A stretch of DNA of 63,984 bases, filler included, from an uncultured bacterium (lineage in GTDB: Bacteria; CAZSTA01): the NCBI GenBank assembly GCA_964609495.1. It is 7 parts of 7 records of this genome, joined end to end, with 100 filler letters (N's around TTAATTAATTAA, not from the genome) between each part and the next. Parts side by side here need not be neighbours in the genome. Positions count along the whole stretch, not along the records: positions 18,635 to 27,755 come from CAZSTA010000151.1; positions 27,856 to 36,859 come from CAZSTA010000153.1; 5 more parts are not named here. The stretch is one strand, 5' to 3'. The translations under genes were made by a program, and so were the position numbers. A model generated the notes under the pieces. It saw nothing but the letters and a program-made list of their open reading frames with translations. It was not told the DNA's origin and searched no databases. The first letter of the stretch is position 1; each line of letters begins with the position of its first letter. Positions 20,480-30,885 of the stretch are shown piece by piece.

Positions 20480-21898
20480 TTACTTAGTGAATACTACTGA
20501 CTCGACATCAAGCATCTCGCAAACCTGCACTAGCTCATCTACATAGTCTCCATATACCGCGTGAGAATGGTTGGAGCTATATCGAGATATAAGCTCAGCA
20601 GGGTCTATATCTAGCTTCACGAAAGCATGAGGCCATTCACCGGAGGTCTCCTTCATCTTCTCCTCCGCTAGCTCCACAAATTCACCCTTCATAATCGCCA
20701 TCCAATACTTGCCGTTCCTCCGAGCGAGTCTAGCCATTGTAACCTCGCCCTCTTTAGCTAGGTAGTGGACTGTTGCTCCACCAGCCTTGAAGTAATAGGG
20801 TATCTGGGGATAAAATGTAACCTTCTTCAGGTTTTCCTTGTAATTATCAGATCTAGCCGCATACCAAGTAGCCTGCGAACCGCAGTTGCAATAGACGAAT
20901 ACTCCTTCTTCCTCATCGAAGTGTCGGAAATCGAAGAAGAGGATGGGCTTACCTGAGAGTAGCTTCAAGATCTGCATCGTCAGAGCGCCATCCATATCGA
21001 TTTCACATGCGCAGACGAATGGCTCCTTCTCCTCTTCCTCCATATCATAAGGATCGTTCAAGAATGCCTGGCTTAAACATTGGGTGCAGAATCCCTCGCT
21101 CATCTCTGGTTGACATTTGATCCCGCAGAAATCAAGCTCCATATCTTTGATGATCTGCTTAGTAGCTAGATAGCACCTGATCTGATACTTCAACACTTTT
21201 TCAGTGAGATTTTCATCAAAGGCGATCTTGCCGATATTATCATTCAGCCAATCGAAGGCTTGCTCGACTCTTCCCTCGGGGATATTATCCGCAATCCTCA
21301 CTATCTCCAGTTGATCGATATGCTCTATATCCACTCCGAACTGATTTTGCCATTGTCTTAGCTCGCTGACCGCGGTATACATACCCATACTTCTTCCCCC
21401 GAAGCATCCATAGGTTTGTCCTCTTAGGCGATTGACCACTCGAGCGGCTCGACAGAATTTCAGCACTTTATCTAATACCTTCTCATCCCTAATATCTCCC
21501 CAAACTCGACTATTCTTGATCCCCAACTGATCCAAGCTCCCGGCACTGGCTAGCATTCCCACCAACCCCGGATAGTCCGGATTTAAGTTTGATAGCAATA
21601 GATAAGGCCTCTTGCCATTTCTGGCGGCGATTACCGCTAAGTTAGGAAAGCTCCATATCGAGAAGTTGAGGATAGTGCCATCGACGTTCTCCGCTATCAT
21701 CTTCTGGGCTCCAGCGAAGGCTTTGCGCGGGGTATTGATGATCTCATCACCAGTTACGACCTCGACCTCTCCAGTTGCCTCCAGGGTCTCAACCACCTGA
21801 TCTAAAAATTTCTGATTCATCTCTAACAATTCTTCATGAACCCTTTGCCGACCATCCGAAAAAGTTAATATCCCGATCTTACTTTTGGGTTTAGTCAT
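20480..21898 (-). CDS. L-fucose/L-arabinose isomerase family protein
   Basis: GGRSMGMYT, CEIDMDGALT, CNCGS, WPHAF, SNHSHAVYGD. Confidence 0.88.
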   Translation of the reverse strand: MTKPKSKIGILTFSDGRQRVHEELLEMNQKFLDQVVETLEATGEVEVVTGDEIINTPRKAFAGAQKMIAENVDGTILNFSIWSFPNLAVIAARNGKRPYLLLSNLNPDYPGLVGMLASAGSLDQLGIKNSRVWGDIRDEKVLDKVLKFCRAARVVNRLRGQTYGCFGGRSMGMYTAVSELRQWQNQFGVDIEHIDQLEIVRIADNIPEGRVEQAFDWLNDNIGKIAFDENLTEKVLKYQIRCYLATKQIIKDMELDFCGIKCQPEMSEGFCTQCLSQAFLNDPYDMEEEEKEPFVCACEIDMDGALTMQILKLLSGKPILFFDFRHFDEEEGVFVYCNCGSQATWYAARSDNYKENLKKVTFYPQIPYYFKAGGATVHYLAKEGEVTMARLARRNGKYWMAIMKGEFVELAEEKMKETSGEWPHAFVKLDIDPAELISRYSSNHSHAVYGDYVDELVQVCEMLDVESVVFTK

Positions 21899-22082
21899 AT
21901 CTCCCTAATTCCCCCTTAATCTAAAGGATAATAATACATATGTCCAATCATCTCTTGCACTTCATTATATCACAATCCCTAAATTTATTCAACATCTATT
22001 TGATAGAATTTCGAGTTATGATTAATGATGTTACTAAATTTCGCTTAATTTTTTGTCTGAGATGTTCGAGATCAGATCGGGT

Positions 22083-22275
22083 CTTGAACTCACCTTAAAT
22101 CACCCTCCCATCAAGAGAGGGAAGCATATAAATTGGGGATCAAAATGATTTCAGATCAAATTATAATTCCCCCTCACCCTGGCCCTCTCCCACGAGGGGA
22201 GAGGGAACATCGAGATAGAGCTGATCTCTTTAGTTCCCCCTTCCCTCGATGGGAGGGGGATAGGGGGAGGGTGTA
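22083..22275 (-). repeat. dispersed palindromic repeat, partial forward copy (22083-22120) and inverted copy 3 (22160-22275)
   Basis: CTTGAACTCACCTTAAATCACCCTCCC; CCCCTCACCCTGGCCCTCTCCCACGAGGGGAGAGGGAACATCGAGAT...GGGAGGGGGATAGGGGGAGGG. Confidence 0.9.
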
Positions 22276-22336
22276 ATACAAAGTAAATTAGATCTCAGAT
22301 CTCAGATTTTATATGCCTCCTCGAACAGAAAAAGTT

Positions 22337-22366
22337 TTGACAAAAAGGTTTAATATGTGTTATAAT
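22337..22366 (+). promoter_or_regulatory. sigma70 promoter for VIT-vWA/sigma genes
   Basis: TTGACA-N18-TATAAT with TG. Confidence 0.7.
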
Positions 22367-22526
22367 TCTATTAGATTATAAGAAGAGGCACCTTAACTTA
22401 AAATAATATAGGAAGGGGGTGTGCTTAAAACTAAAATAGCATAGATTAAGATAGTTAAACTCTTCTATTCTCTGTATCGATAAAGGGATCTTTAGTTGCG
22501 TATATTACCTACAAGGAGCTGATAAG

Positions 22527-24806
22527 ATGTCTTGGTACAGAAGTCTGTGTTTTTTCCACTTATTTCTCCTCATTATTCTTCTTCCGATCTCCGCCTTTGC
22601 TAATGGAGTAATTATCCCCACAAACTATGAAGGACCTTCCTCAATTCCCCTAAGCATAGTATCTCAAGATATATCTATAGATATAAATAATCAATTCGCT
22701 AAAACTCGGGTTATTCAGATATTTCGCAATCATACCAATAGCATCCTAGAAGGGACTTATTTATTCCCTTTATCCGAGACTAGCACTATCTCCGACTTTG
22801 CCACCTGGGATGATGGTCAGAGGATAGCAGGAGTGATATTGGAGAAAGAGGAGGCTCGGGAGACTTATGAGCGCTTAGTGAGGAGATATATAGATCCGGG
22901 ACTTCTGGAGCATATGGAGAAGAATATGTTCAAGGCGCGTATCTCCCCCATTCCTGCTTATGGAACAAAGCGACTTGAGATCGAATATAACCAGGTATTG
23001 AAATTAGATTCTGGACAGAGTAGCTATATATATCCTCTAAGCACTGAGAAGGAAAGCTTGCAGACAATAGGCGAATTGAATATCAAGATTACTTTAACCT
23101 CCAACATCGCTATAGATAATATATATATCGCCTTATATGATGCCGATATAACTAGAACAGATGATAATAATATCAAGATCGAGTACCAAGCTTTTAAAGT
23201 AGCCCCTGAAGAGGATTTTTCCGTCTATTATTCACTATCACAGAAAGAAGAGCAGAGGATCGGCCTCATCGCCTATAAACCCAGGGAAGGGGAGACGGGA
23301 TATTTTATGCTCCTCCTTACTCCGAAAGTTGAAAGGGAGGAGGGAGAAGAAGGAAAGGATATTGTCTTCGTCTATGATATCTCCTCAAGTATGAGGGGCA
23401 AAAAGCACAATCAGGCTTGGCAAGCCTTCAAATATGGATTGAATTCACTCCTCAGCCGAGATAGATTCAACATAATAGCTTTTAATAACTATGTGAACTC
23501 CTTTAGAGATAGATTCATTGAATATAGCGACATTAGTAGGGAGGTTGCCCTTCAATACGTATCCTCTCTCGAAGCTCTAGGAGGATCAGATCTGAATAGA
23601 GCGTTGGTGGATGGACTTCAGGTGATAGGGGAGGGTGAGCAGAATAAATTTCTTATTCTGCTCTCGGATGGCTCTCCTTCAGCAGGAGAGATAGACTATG
23701 CTAAGATAGAGGAGAATGTTAAGAGGGCTGGTGCTGAAAATGTTAGGATCTTTGCCTTTGGGATAGGGAACGATGCGAACGATTCTTTGTTAAATGAGCT
23801 GACCACGGCTAGTGGAGGAGCGGTAGAGTATGCTAGGGAGACCGAGGATATAGGCGCTAAATTGAAACTCTTTTACGATAAACTGAGACAACCAATACTA
23901 TCCAATCTTACGATAAGTTGGGAAGGGCTTAGGATAAAGGACTTCTATCCCGGGAAGTTAGCGGATATATATCTAGGCTCTCAGCTCATAATCGTTGGTC
24001 GCTACGAGGAGCCATCTCGAGGGGAGATAGTCCTTAGAGGAAAAATCAGCGGCGAGGATATGATATATCAATATAGCTATGAGTTGCCCGGGTTGGAGAC
24101 GAGCAATAAATTCATCGCGCGTTTATGGGCTAAGGCCAGGGTAGATCATCTCCTCAACCTGATCCAATTTGAGGGCGAGAAACCTGAGTGGAAGGAGGAG
24201 ATCATCGAACTTAGCAAGAAATATAAATTTGTGACTCCCTATACTTCCTTCCTTGCCGTTCCCAGAGCGATCTTGAGGCCAAGGGTGATCAAGCCCGGTG
24301 ACCCAGTATTGAGGATAAAAGCTCCTATTAATACCAAGAAGATCACAGTGCTTTTCCCCTTCGGTTTAGTTCAGCCTGCCACTTATGATCCCAAGAGCGG
24401 ATTATGGCTCTGTCGCTTCCTGCCCCCTAAGGATGTAAAGGACGGGACTTACGAGTGCACCATCATCATCACCGACATATATGGCAATCAGGTGATAGAG
24501 AAAAAGAGATATGTGATAGATAGTAAACCTCCTACGGTCAGAGCTTGGGTGAAACCAGAGGTGGCGCATCCAGGGGAGAGAATAACTATTAAAGCTACTG
24601 CTGATAGGGATACTTTCCAGCTTATAGCCAAAATGCCGAATGGGAAAAAGGTTGAGTTGAGGTATGATATGAAATCAGGGTATAGTATAGGTTACTGGAC
24701 TTTGCCCCTTGATATAGAGCCGGGAATATATGAAATACAACTCACTGCGATGGATTTCGCTTATAATAAGGGAAGCCAGACGGTAGAGCTAAGGATAATA
24801 AAGTAA
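22527..24806 (+). CDS. exported VIT + vWA domain protein with C-terminal Ig-like extension
   Basis: Signal peptide, LEGTYLFPL (VIT), MIDAS DISSS...LLSDG, VTPYTSFL. Confidence 0.9.
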   Translation: MSWYRSLCFFHLFLLIILLPISAFANGVIIPTNYEGPSSIPLSIVSQDISIDINNQFAKTRVIQIFRNHTNSILEGTYLFPLSETSTISDFATWDDGQRIAGVILEKEEARETYERLVRRYIDPGLLEHMEKNMFKARISPIPAYGTKRLEIEYNQVLKLDSGQSSYIYPLSTEKESLQTIGELNIKITLTSNIAIDNIYIALYDADITRTDDNNIKIEYQAFKVAPEEDFSVYYSLSQKEEQRIGLIAYKPREGETGYFMLLLTPKVEREEGEEGKDIVFVYDISSSMRGKKHNQAWQAFKYGLNSLLSRDRFNIIAFNNYVNSFRDRFIEYSDISREVALQYVSSLEALGGSDLNRALVDGLQVIGEGEQNKFLILLSDGSPSAGEIDYAKIEENVKRAGAENVRIFAFGIGNDANDSLLNELTTASGGAVEYARETEDIGAKLKLFYDKLRQPILSNLTISWEGLRIKDFYPGKLADIYLGSQLIIVGRYEEPSRGEIVLRGKISGEDMIYQYSYELPGLETSNKFIARLWAKARVDHLLNLIQFEGEKPEWKEEIIELSKKYKFVTPYTSFLAVPRAILRPRVIKPGDPVLRIKAPINTKKITVLFPFGLVQPATYDPKSGLWLCRFLPPKDVKDGTYECTIIITDIYGNQVIEKKRYVIDSKPPTVRAWVKPEVAHPGERITIKATADRDTFQLIAKMPNGKKVELRYDMKSGYSIGYWTLPLDIEPGIYEIQLTAMDFAYNKGSQTVELRIIK

Positions 24807-24825
24807 AAATTATAAGTGTTAAGAG

Positions 24826-25680
24826 GTGAGAGATTCGTTGTCCAAGGGAGAGATTATTGATGATCCAGTTAAGATGTATCTCCATGAGATAAGCCAGATC
24901 TCGCTTCTTACTCAACGGGAGGAGATCGAACTTGCCTTGAGGATAAAGAAGGGGGATGATACGGCTAGGAAAAAATTAGCAGAAGCTAATCTGCGTCTAG
25001 TAGTGAGCATCGCTAAGAAGTATGTAGGTCGAGGAATGTCCTTTCTAGATCTAATTCAAGAGGGGAACCACGGCCTACTGAAAGCTGTGGAGGGCTTCGA
25101 ACATAGAAAGGGATGTAAATTCTCCACCTATGCCACGTGGTGGATAAGGCAGGCTATTACCAGGGCATTAGCGGATCAAGCTCGGACCATCCGCCTCCCT
25201 GTGCATATGGTAGAGATGACGACTCGCCTTATCAAAATCTCTCGCCAATTATCGCAAGAGTTAGGTAGAGAGCCTACTGTTGAGGAGATAGCAGAACGGA
25301 TGAATGTAACCCCAGCAAGGGTTATGGAGATAATAAAGATCTCTCAAGAGCCGATATCATTGTCCACTCCTGTGGGAGAGGATAAAGATAGCCTACTAGG
25401 CGATTTTATCGAGGATGAGGAGACAAGGCGTCCGGCGGAGTCTGTATCTCAAAATCTGCTTCGAGAGGAGATCGAGAGGGTTCTTGAGACTCTGACTGAG
25501 CGTGAGAAAAAGATCCTCAAAATGCGTTTTGGTCTTGATAACGGAGATCCAAGGACTCTGGAGATGGTGGGCGAGGAATTCGAGGTAACTCGCGAGAGGA
25601 TAAGGCAGATCGAAGCCAAAGCTTTGCGTAAACTCAAGCATTCTAGCAGAAGCAAGAAGCTCAAAAGTTTCCTAGAGTGA
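24826..25680 (+). CDS. RpoD/SigA-like sigma70 factor lacking region 1.1
   Basis: [47 protein letters not shown]; in-frame stop just upstream. Confidence 0.93.
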   Translation: MRDSLSKGEIIDDPVKMYLHEISQISLLTQREEIELALRIKKGDDTARKKLAEANLRLVVSIAKKYVGRGMSFLDLIQEGNHGLLKAVEGFEHRKGCKFSTYATWWIRQAITRALADQARTIRLPVHMVEMTTRLIKISRQLSQELGREPTVEEIAERMNVTPARVMEIIKISQEPISLSTPVGEDKDSLLGDFIEDEETRRPAESVSQNLLREEIERVLETLTEREKKILKMRFGLDNGDPRTLEMVGEEFEVTRERIRQIEAKALRKLKHSSRSKKLKSFLE

Positions 25681-25822
25681 TAGAAATAAAGATAATTCCG
25701 CTTGAGGAATTGAAATGAGGAATTGAAATGGAGGAGTAAATACTAGGGCTTCTGAGCTTCTCAAATTTTGTTTTTCTCAGTAGAGAGCAGGAAAGCTATA
25801 TTCCGATTAGCAGAAAAGAGTT

Positions 25823-26308
25823 ATGGGAAAATCACTCGAGAAGATAGTGAAGGAATTCAGGTTATTTTGGAAGAATTATATCTTTCAAAGTTTTCTTGCT
25901 ACTCTTACGATATTTATAGTCCTTCTATTCCTAAGTGCGGAAAGAATGGTAATAATAGCTTCAATAGGTGCTACCGCTTTCATTGTATTTGCGATGCCGG
26001 AACAGATCACCGCTAAGCCAAGAAATGTTATAGGGGGGCACCTAGTTGGTGTTATTTGTGGCTCTTTATGTTCTCTGATTCCCCATCCTTCCTCTTTGCA
26101 CTCTGCTATCATATACTCGTTTGCTGTCGGACTCTCTATCTTCATAATGGTAGCCATAGATACAGAGCATCCACCCGCGTCAGGTACTGCTTTAGGCGTC
26201 GTAGTTAGCGGCTTCTCTTTGAATATAGCAATTGCTGTATTAGTGAGCGCGATAATACTATCATTAGCTCACCATCTCCTTAAACCATTCCTAAAAGATC
26301 TAATATGA
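25823..26308 (+). CDS. HPP family membrane protein
   Basis: ASIGATAF, PRNVIGGH, TEHPPA. Confidence 0.9.
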   Translation: MGKSLEKIVKEFRLFWKNYIFQSFLATLTIFIVLLFLSAERMVIIASIGATAFIVFAMPEQITAKPRNVIGGHLVGVICGSLCSLIPHPSSLHSAIIYSFAVGLSIFIMVAIDTEHPPASGTALGVVVSGFSLNIAIAVLVSAIILSLAHHLLKPFLKDLI

Positions 26309-26381
26309 GGCGGAAATTAGAAATAGGGGTGAATACATCTATCATTACAATCTAATTTGGGAATAGCTACTAGCTGGAAGC

Positions 26382-27611
26382 TTATTGATTAATTCCTGCT
26401 ACAAAGCCACTACTCCAAGCGAATTGTAGATTATACCCCCCGCTATCCCCATCGATATCGAGGATCTCTCCGGCGAAGAAAAGTCCCTCTACCAATTGAG
26501 ACTCCATAGTTTTGGAATCCACCTGAAGAGTATCAATCCCTCCAGCCGTTACCATCGCCTCCGTAAAAGGACAAGATCCTTTAATCTCTAAGGCCCAATG
26601 AGTAAAGCAGGAGGCGATCTCAAGACGAGTTTCCCTTCTAACTTGGCTAACCTCTCTCTCAAGATCCGATATCCCCATCCTTCTAAGAAGCACAGGCGCA
26701 AGTTTCTTAGGTAACAGTCCTACAAAGGAGAAAGCGAGGGATTTAGTTGGACGCTGATGCCATCTTTCGATCAGCAATTTATCTATATCCTCTTTTGTTC
26801 TTGTGGGAAAGAAATTGATAGTTACTTCAAATTCAGGATCATCTAGCATATCTAATATATCTCGACTGGAATTTAAAACAACAGGGCCAGAAATTCCATA
26901 ATGAGTGAACAATAGCTGATCCTTAAAGCGCTTTATCTCTCTCCCAGCCCGAAGCAATTTGAGCTCGACCTCAATCTTAACTCCCTGAAGCTTATGATAC
27001 CAATTACCCTTAACCTCCAGGGGAACCAAAGCTTGATGAATAGGAGTAATATTGTGTCCCAATTTCGCGGCTAATTTGAAACCGTCTCCCGCAGAGCCAA
27101 GTTGAGGATAGCTACAACCTCCAGCACATAATATAACTTTCTTAGCTCTAAACCTTTCCCGCCCAGTTCTAACCTCTAAACCTCCTCTTCTTGAGAGGAT
27201 TAAATCTGTTACTCTTGTCGAGCATAAGGTTTCCACCTCCAATCTATCCATCTCATAAGTAAGGACCTCCACGATACTAGAGGCTTGATCGGAGACGGGG
27301 AAGACTCGACCGTCCTCTTCCACTTTCAACTTAACTCCCAATTCCTCGAAGAAATTCATTGTCGCGTAGTTATCGAATTGATTTAGCCCACTATAAGCGA
27401 ACTTCACATTGTGTCCATGATAATATTCGATGTCGAGGTCGATATTGGTTAGATTCCCTCTTCCATTACCGGTCACAAGAACTTTACGTCCTAGCCCTTC
27501 ATTCTTCTCCAATACTAATATTCTCCTGCGACCAGAACGGGCCGCAGAGATAGCCGCCATCATCCCCGAGGCTCCTCCCCCAATTATTATAGTATCATAT
27601 TCTCTGCCCAT
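26382..27611 (-). CDS. HI0933/BaiN-like flavoprotein
   Basis: GGGASG, TGNGRGN, LFTHYGISGP, VTAGG, GGYNLQFAWSSG. Confidence 0.93.
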   Translation of the reverse strand: MGREYDTIIIGGGASGMMAAISAARSGRRRILVLEKNEGLGRKVLVTGNGRGNLTNIDLDIEYYHGHNVKFAYSGLNQFDNYATMNFFEELGVKLKVEEDGRVFPVSDQASSIVEVLTYEMDRLEVETLCSTRVTDLILSRRGGLEVRTGRERFRAKKVILCAGGCSYPQLGSAGDGFKLAAKLGHNITPIHQALVPLEVKGNWYHKLQGVKIEVELKLLRAGREIKRFKDQLLFTHYGISGPVVLNSSRDILDMLDDPEFEVTINFFPTRTKEDIDKLLIERWHQRPTKSLAFSFVGLLPKKLAPVLLRRMGISDLEREVSQVRRETRLEIASCFTHWALEIKGSCPFTEAMVTAGGIDTLQVDSKTMESQLVEGLFFAGEILDIDGDSGGYNLQFAWSSGFVAGINQ

Positions 27612-27648
27612 ACTTTCTCCTGCTGTTCCTAATTATTGTGTTTCACCC

Positions 27649-27677
27649 ATTATATCTCAAAATAGATTCGGTGTCAA
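27649..27677 (-). promoter_or_regulatory. sigma70 promoter
   Basis: TTGACA-N17-TATAAT. Confidence 0.8.
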
Positions 27678-27705
27678 TCACTTCAGCCAAGAAGTAACAT
27701 TCTAT

Positions 27706-27755
27706 TACCCCCTCACCCTGTCCCTCTCCCACGAGGGGAGAGGGAACATCGAGAT
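27706..27755 (-). repeat. dispersed palindromic repeat, copy 4 (contig ends inside it)
   Basis: CCCCTCACCCTGTCCCTCTCCCACGAGGGGAGAGGGAACATCGAGAT. Confidence 0.9.
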
Positions 27756-27855
27756 NNNNNNNNNNNNNNNNNNNNNNNNNNNNNNNNNNNNNNNNNNNNT
27801 TAATTAATTAANNNNNNNNNNNNNNNNNNNNNNNNNNNNNNNNNNNNNNNNNNNN

Positions 27856-28560
27856 AGTCGGGATCTCAACTTTTCCTATTTCGGTATAACTCCCCTCACC
27901 TAGAGGAGAGGGGACGAGAGTCATATCACCCTTATCGCTTAATAGAACGAATATCTCCGAATATTCATCTCCTAAAGCAAAGTGGAGAGCAACTGCTGAT
28001 TTCCCCCTCTCAAAGGATTCAGCGATGCTCCAGCCTCTAGCTAAGGCTTCATAGAACGTATGAGCGAAGAGGATAGCCGCCTCATCGGCGACTGGATGCC
28101 TCTCATCTATAGCTACGACCGCGGGTATTCCCGCCTCTCGCAAAGCTCTGCCCACCCTCTCCGAGTGGCAGGCGCTAAGGACGACGAGCTTGGGCAGCTT
28201 AGGCACATTCTTGCATAGCAATTCGACGAGCTTCTCAGCGGTAAGCTTATGTGCCATTCCGAAGCTATTCTCAAATACCAGCTTTCCATCTTCGGTTCCA
28301 TGACCTGTGAAGTGGATGATATCATAGTAGTCGAAGACAGTCGTTATAATATCGTTGGTCGTAGCTTGAGGGAGGAAACGCACTTGGATCGGCGCTTTAG
28401 CTCGATGAAGCGCATCCCGTAATTTCTCCTGTTCCTCAGCTACATTCAACTGGACTATAGGAGTGAAGGTGCCATATTGTTCACCATATTTAACAATGTT
28501 CTTTATAGTCATTAGAGGTCGGCTCGTGATGACTAATAAACGGAACGTGTCTTCTTCCAT
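27856..28560 (-). CDS. CHAT (caspase-like) domain protein, 3'-truncated
   Basis: IIHFTGHG and VVLSACHS catalytic His/Cys, FAHTFYEAL. Confidence 0.9.
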
Positions 28561-28565
28561 AGCTA

Positions 28566-30032
28566 TTACCCTCCTAACTTTTCTGCGAAATCCGCCCCCC
28601 TCTCCAGCCTGGCTATAGTCCTCTCCTTACCTACCACAGCTAGCAACTCGAAGAGGCTGGGCCCTATGGTGGTGCCTGTTACCGCGGCTCTGGTAGGATG
28701 AATCAAAGCGCCAGCTTTTATCCCCAACTCATCTATTAATCCTCTCGTTGCCCTCTCCACACACTCTTCATCGAAGGAATCCAAAGCCTCGAACCTCTCC
28801 TTCAGCTTTCTCAGAAGCGAAGGGACTCCTTCCTTCTTCAACTGCTTCTGGGCTTTATTATCGAAGTCAAAATCATCGGTGAAGAAGAAGTATCCATAGT
28901 CTCCAAGTTCGTGGATGAATTTGATCCTATCGTGCATCAGGTTTAGCACTTCTCTAAGTTCGGGATCATCGGCGGTATAGTCCAAGCCGAATTTCTCCTT
29001 TAGATATGGTATCGCTAGCAGAGCTAATTTATCTATCGGCATCTGCTTTATATACTGCCCATTCATCCACTCTAACTTGGTGGCATCAAATATCGCAGGA
29101 CTCTTCGATATCTTATCTAATGAGAATAGCTCGATCAATTCATCTATAGAGAATAGCTCACGTTCATTACCCGGTGACCAGCTCAGCAGGGCTAGGTAAT
29201 TTACCATCGCCTCGGGAAGATATCCATTATCTCGATACCAGGTTACGGAAGTTGCTCCGTGTCGCTTCGACAATTTCGATCTATCTTTACCCAGAATATG
29301 GGGGATGTGGACGAAGAGGGGTGGCTCGAATCCAAGAGCCTCATATAGCAACAACTGACGGGGGGTATTTGATATATGTTGCTCCGCCCTGATTATATGA
29401 GTGATCTTCATCAAATAGTCATCGATCACGTTAGCGAAGTTGTAGATCGGGGTACCGTTGGATTTGAGAAGCACAAAGTCATCTAAGACCTTGCTATTGA
29501 AGGTTACCTTACCCACGATTATATCATCGAAGGAGATCTCTCTTTCCTCCTCGGGAAGCTTAAATCTCACTACATAGGGTTTTCCCTTGGCTTCGTTCGC
29601 CTCTATCTGCTCAGGAGTGAGGTTGCGACAGGTCCCATCATACTTAGGGGGCTTCTTCCGTTTGATGGCTTCCCTTCTCTTCTCCTCCAACTCCTCCTTG
29701 GTGCAGTAGCAACGATAAGCCTTTCCCTCTCGTATCAATTGCAGACCATATTTACGATAGATATCGAGGCGTTGCATCTGGAAATATGGACCATAGTCGC
29801 CGCCAACATCTGGACCTTCATCCCAGTCCATCCCTATCCACCTCATCCCGTCTTTGATAGCGTTCATCGACTCCTCCGTCGATCTAGCGGTGTCGGTATC
29901 CTCGATACGCAGAATGAAAACTCCACCCTGATTCCTGGCGAATAGCCAGTTGAATAGCCCTGTATGAGCAACGCCTAGGTGCAAATAGCCAGTTGGACTA
30001 GGCGCGAATCTAACTCTGACTTTACCTGACAT
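28566..30032 (-). CDS. gltX: glutamate--tRNA ligase
   Basis: RFAPSPTGYLHLG, LRIEDTD, KLSKRHG. Confidence 0.97.
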   Translation of the reverse strand: MSGKVRVRFAPSPTGYLHLGVAHTGLFNWLFARNQGGVFILRIEDTDTARSTEESMNAIKDGMRWIGMDWDEGPDVGGDYGPYFQMQRLDIYRKYGLQLIREGKAYRCYCTKEELEEKRREAIKRKKPPKYDGTCRNLTPEQIEANEAKGKPYVVRFKLPEEEREISFDDIIVGKVTFNSKVLDDFVLLKSNGTPIYNFANVIDDYLMKITHIIRAEQHISNTPRQLLLYEALGFEPPLFVHIPHILGKDRSKLSKRHGATSVTWYRDNGYLPEAMVNYLALLSWSPGNERELFSIDELIELFSLDKISKSPAIFDATKLEWMNGQYIKQMPIDKLALLAIPYLKEKFGLDYTADDPELREVLNLMHDRIKFIHELGDYGYFFFTDDFDFDNKAQKQLKKEGVPSLLRKLKERFEALDSFDEECVERATRGLIDELGIKAGALIHPTRAAVTGTTIGPSLFELLAVVGKERTIARLERGADFAEKLGG

Positions 30033-30042
30033 CGAATCCCTC

Positions 30043-30855
30043 CTATCTCCTCAACACTTCAACTTGATTAACCGGGATATCAAGTTGCTTCTCATCGTCG
30101 AATCGAACCTCTAAACTCCTCCTCAATGGATAGACGTCAATTACCTCTCCTATTCCCCATTCTGTCTTAACTCTAGCTCCTATATCTGGCATATCCTTAC
30201 GCAACTCTTGATAAGTTTCATACTCATATTCTAAACAACACATCAATCTTCCGCACAATCCAGATATCTTAGTTGGATTCAAGGATAGATTTTGCACCTT
30301 AGCCATCTTAACGGATATCGGCTCGAAGTTCTTCAGGAAGGTAGCGCAACAGAGCGGTCTTCCACAGCATCCCACTCCTCCTAAGAGCTTAGCCTCATCG
30401 CGAACTCCGATCTGCCTAAGTTCGATACGACTTCTGAAGATGCCCGCTAAAGCTCTTACTAGCTCTCTAAAATCGACCCGGCCATCAGCAGTGAAGTAGA
30501 ATATTATCTTGCTCTTGTCAAAGGTATGTTCCACATCTACTAATCTCATCGGGAGTTTATATTCCTCGATTTTAGCAAGACATATATCAAAGGCTTTTTT
30601 TTCCTCCTCCTTATGCTCGGCGAATTTAGTTTTATCTCGCTCTACAGCAAGCCTCAATACTTTCCTGAGAGGTCTGACTATATCCTCTTCAGGAACCTCT
30701 ATAGCTTCCATAACTATCTCTCCTAACTCTTTGCCACGCACCGTCTCCACTATACAGAGATCTCCTGTTTTAAGATCTAAGCCATTAGGATCGAAGTAAT
30801 AAACTTTTCCAGCTTTTTTGAAGATCACCCCAACAACTATGAGCATATACATCAC
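30043..30855 (-). CDS. ricT: PSP1/YaaT (RicT) protein
   Basis: RVDFRELV, CGRPLCC, SGLCGRLMCCL. Confidence 0.93.
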   Translation of the reverse strand: MMYMLIVVGVIFKKAGKVYYFDPNGLDLKTGDLCIVETVRGKELGEIVMEAIEVPEEDIVRPLRKVLRLAVERDKTKFAEHKEEEKKAFDICLAKIEEYKLPMRLVDVEHTFDKSKIIFYFTADGRVDFRELVRALAGIFRSRIELRQIGVRDEAKLLGGVGCCGRPLCCATFLKNFEPISVKMAKVQNLSLNPTKISGLCGRLMCCLEYEYETYQELRKDMPDIGARVKTEWGIGEVIDVYPLRRSLEVRFDDEKQLDIPVNQVEVLRR

Positions 30856-30885
30856 CTCCCTGCTTGGGAGAATATAACACTGTTT

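Noticed and set aside
25703..25730. TGAGGAATTGAAA twice, resembling the 3' end of type I-B CRISPR repeats
   Set aside because: Only a 13-bp tandem duplication with no spacer, no further repeats and no cas genes.
27431..28560. Apparent linkage of CHAT to HI0933, or cdaA to PEGA-TPR
   Set aside because: These pairs are separated by artificial linkers between unrelated contigs.
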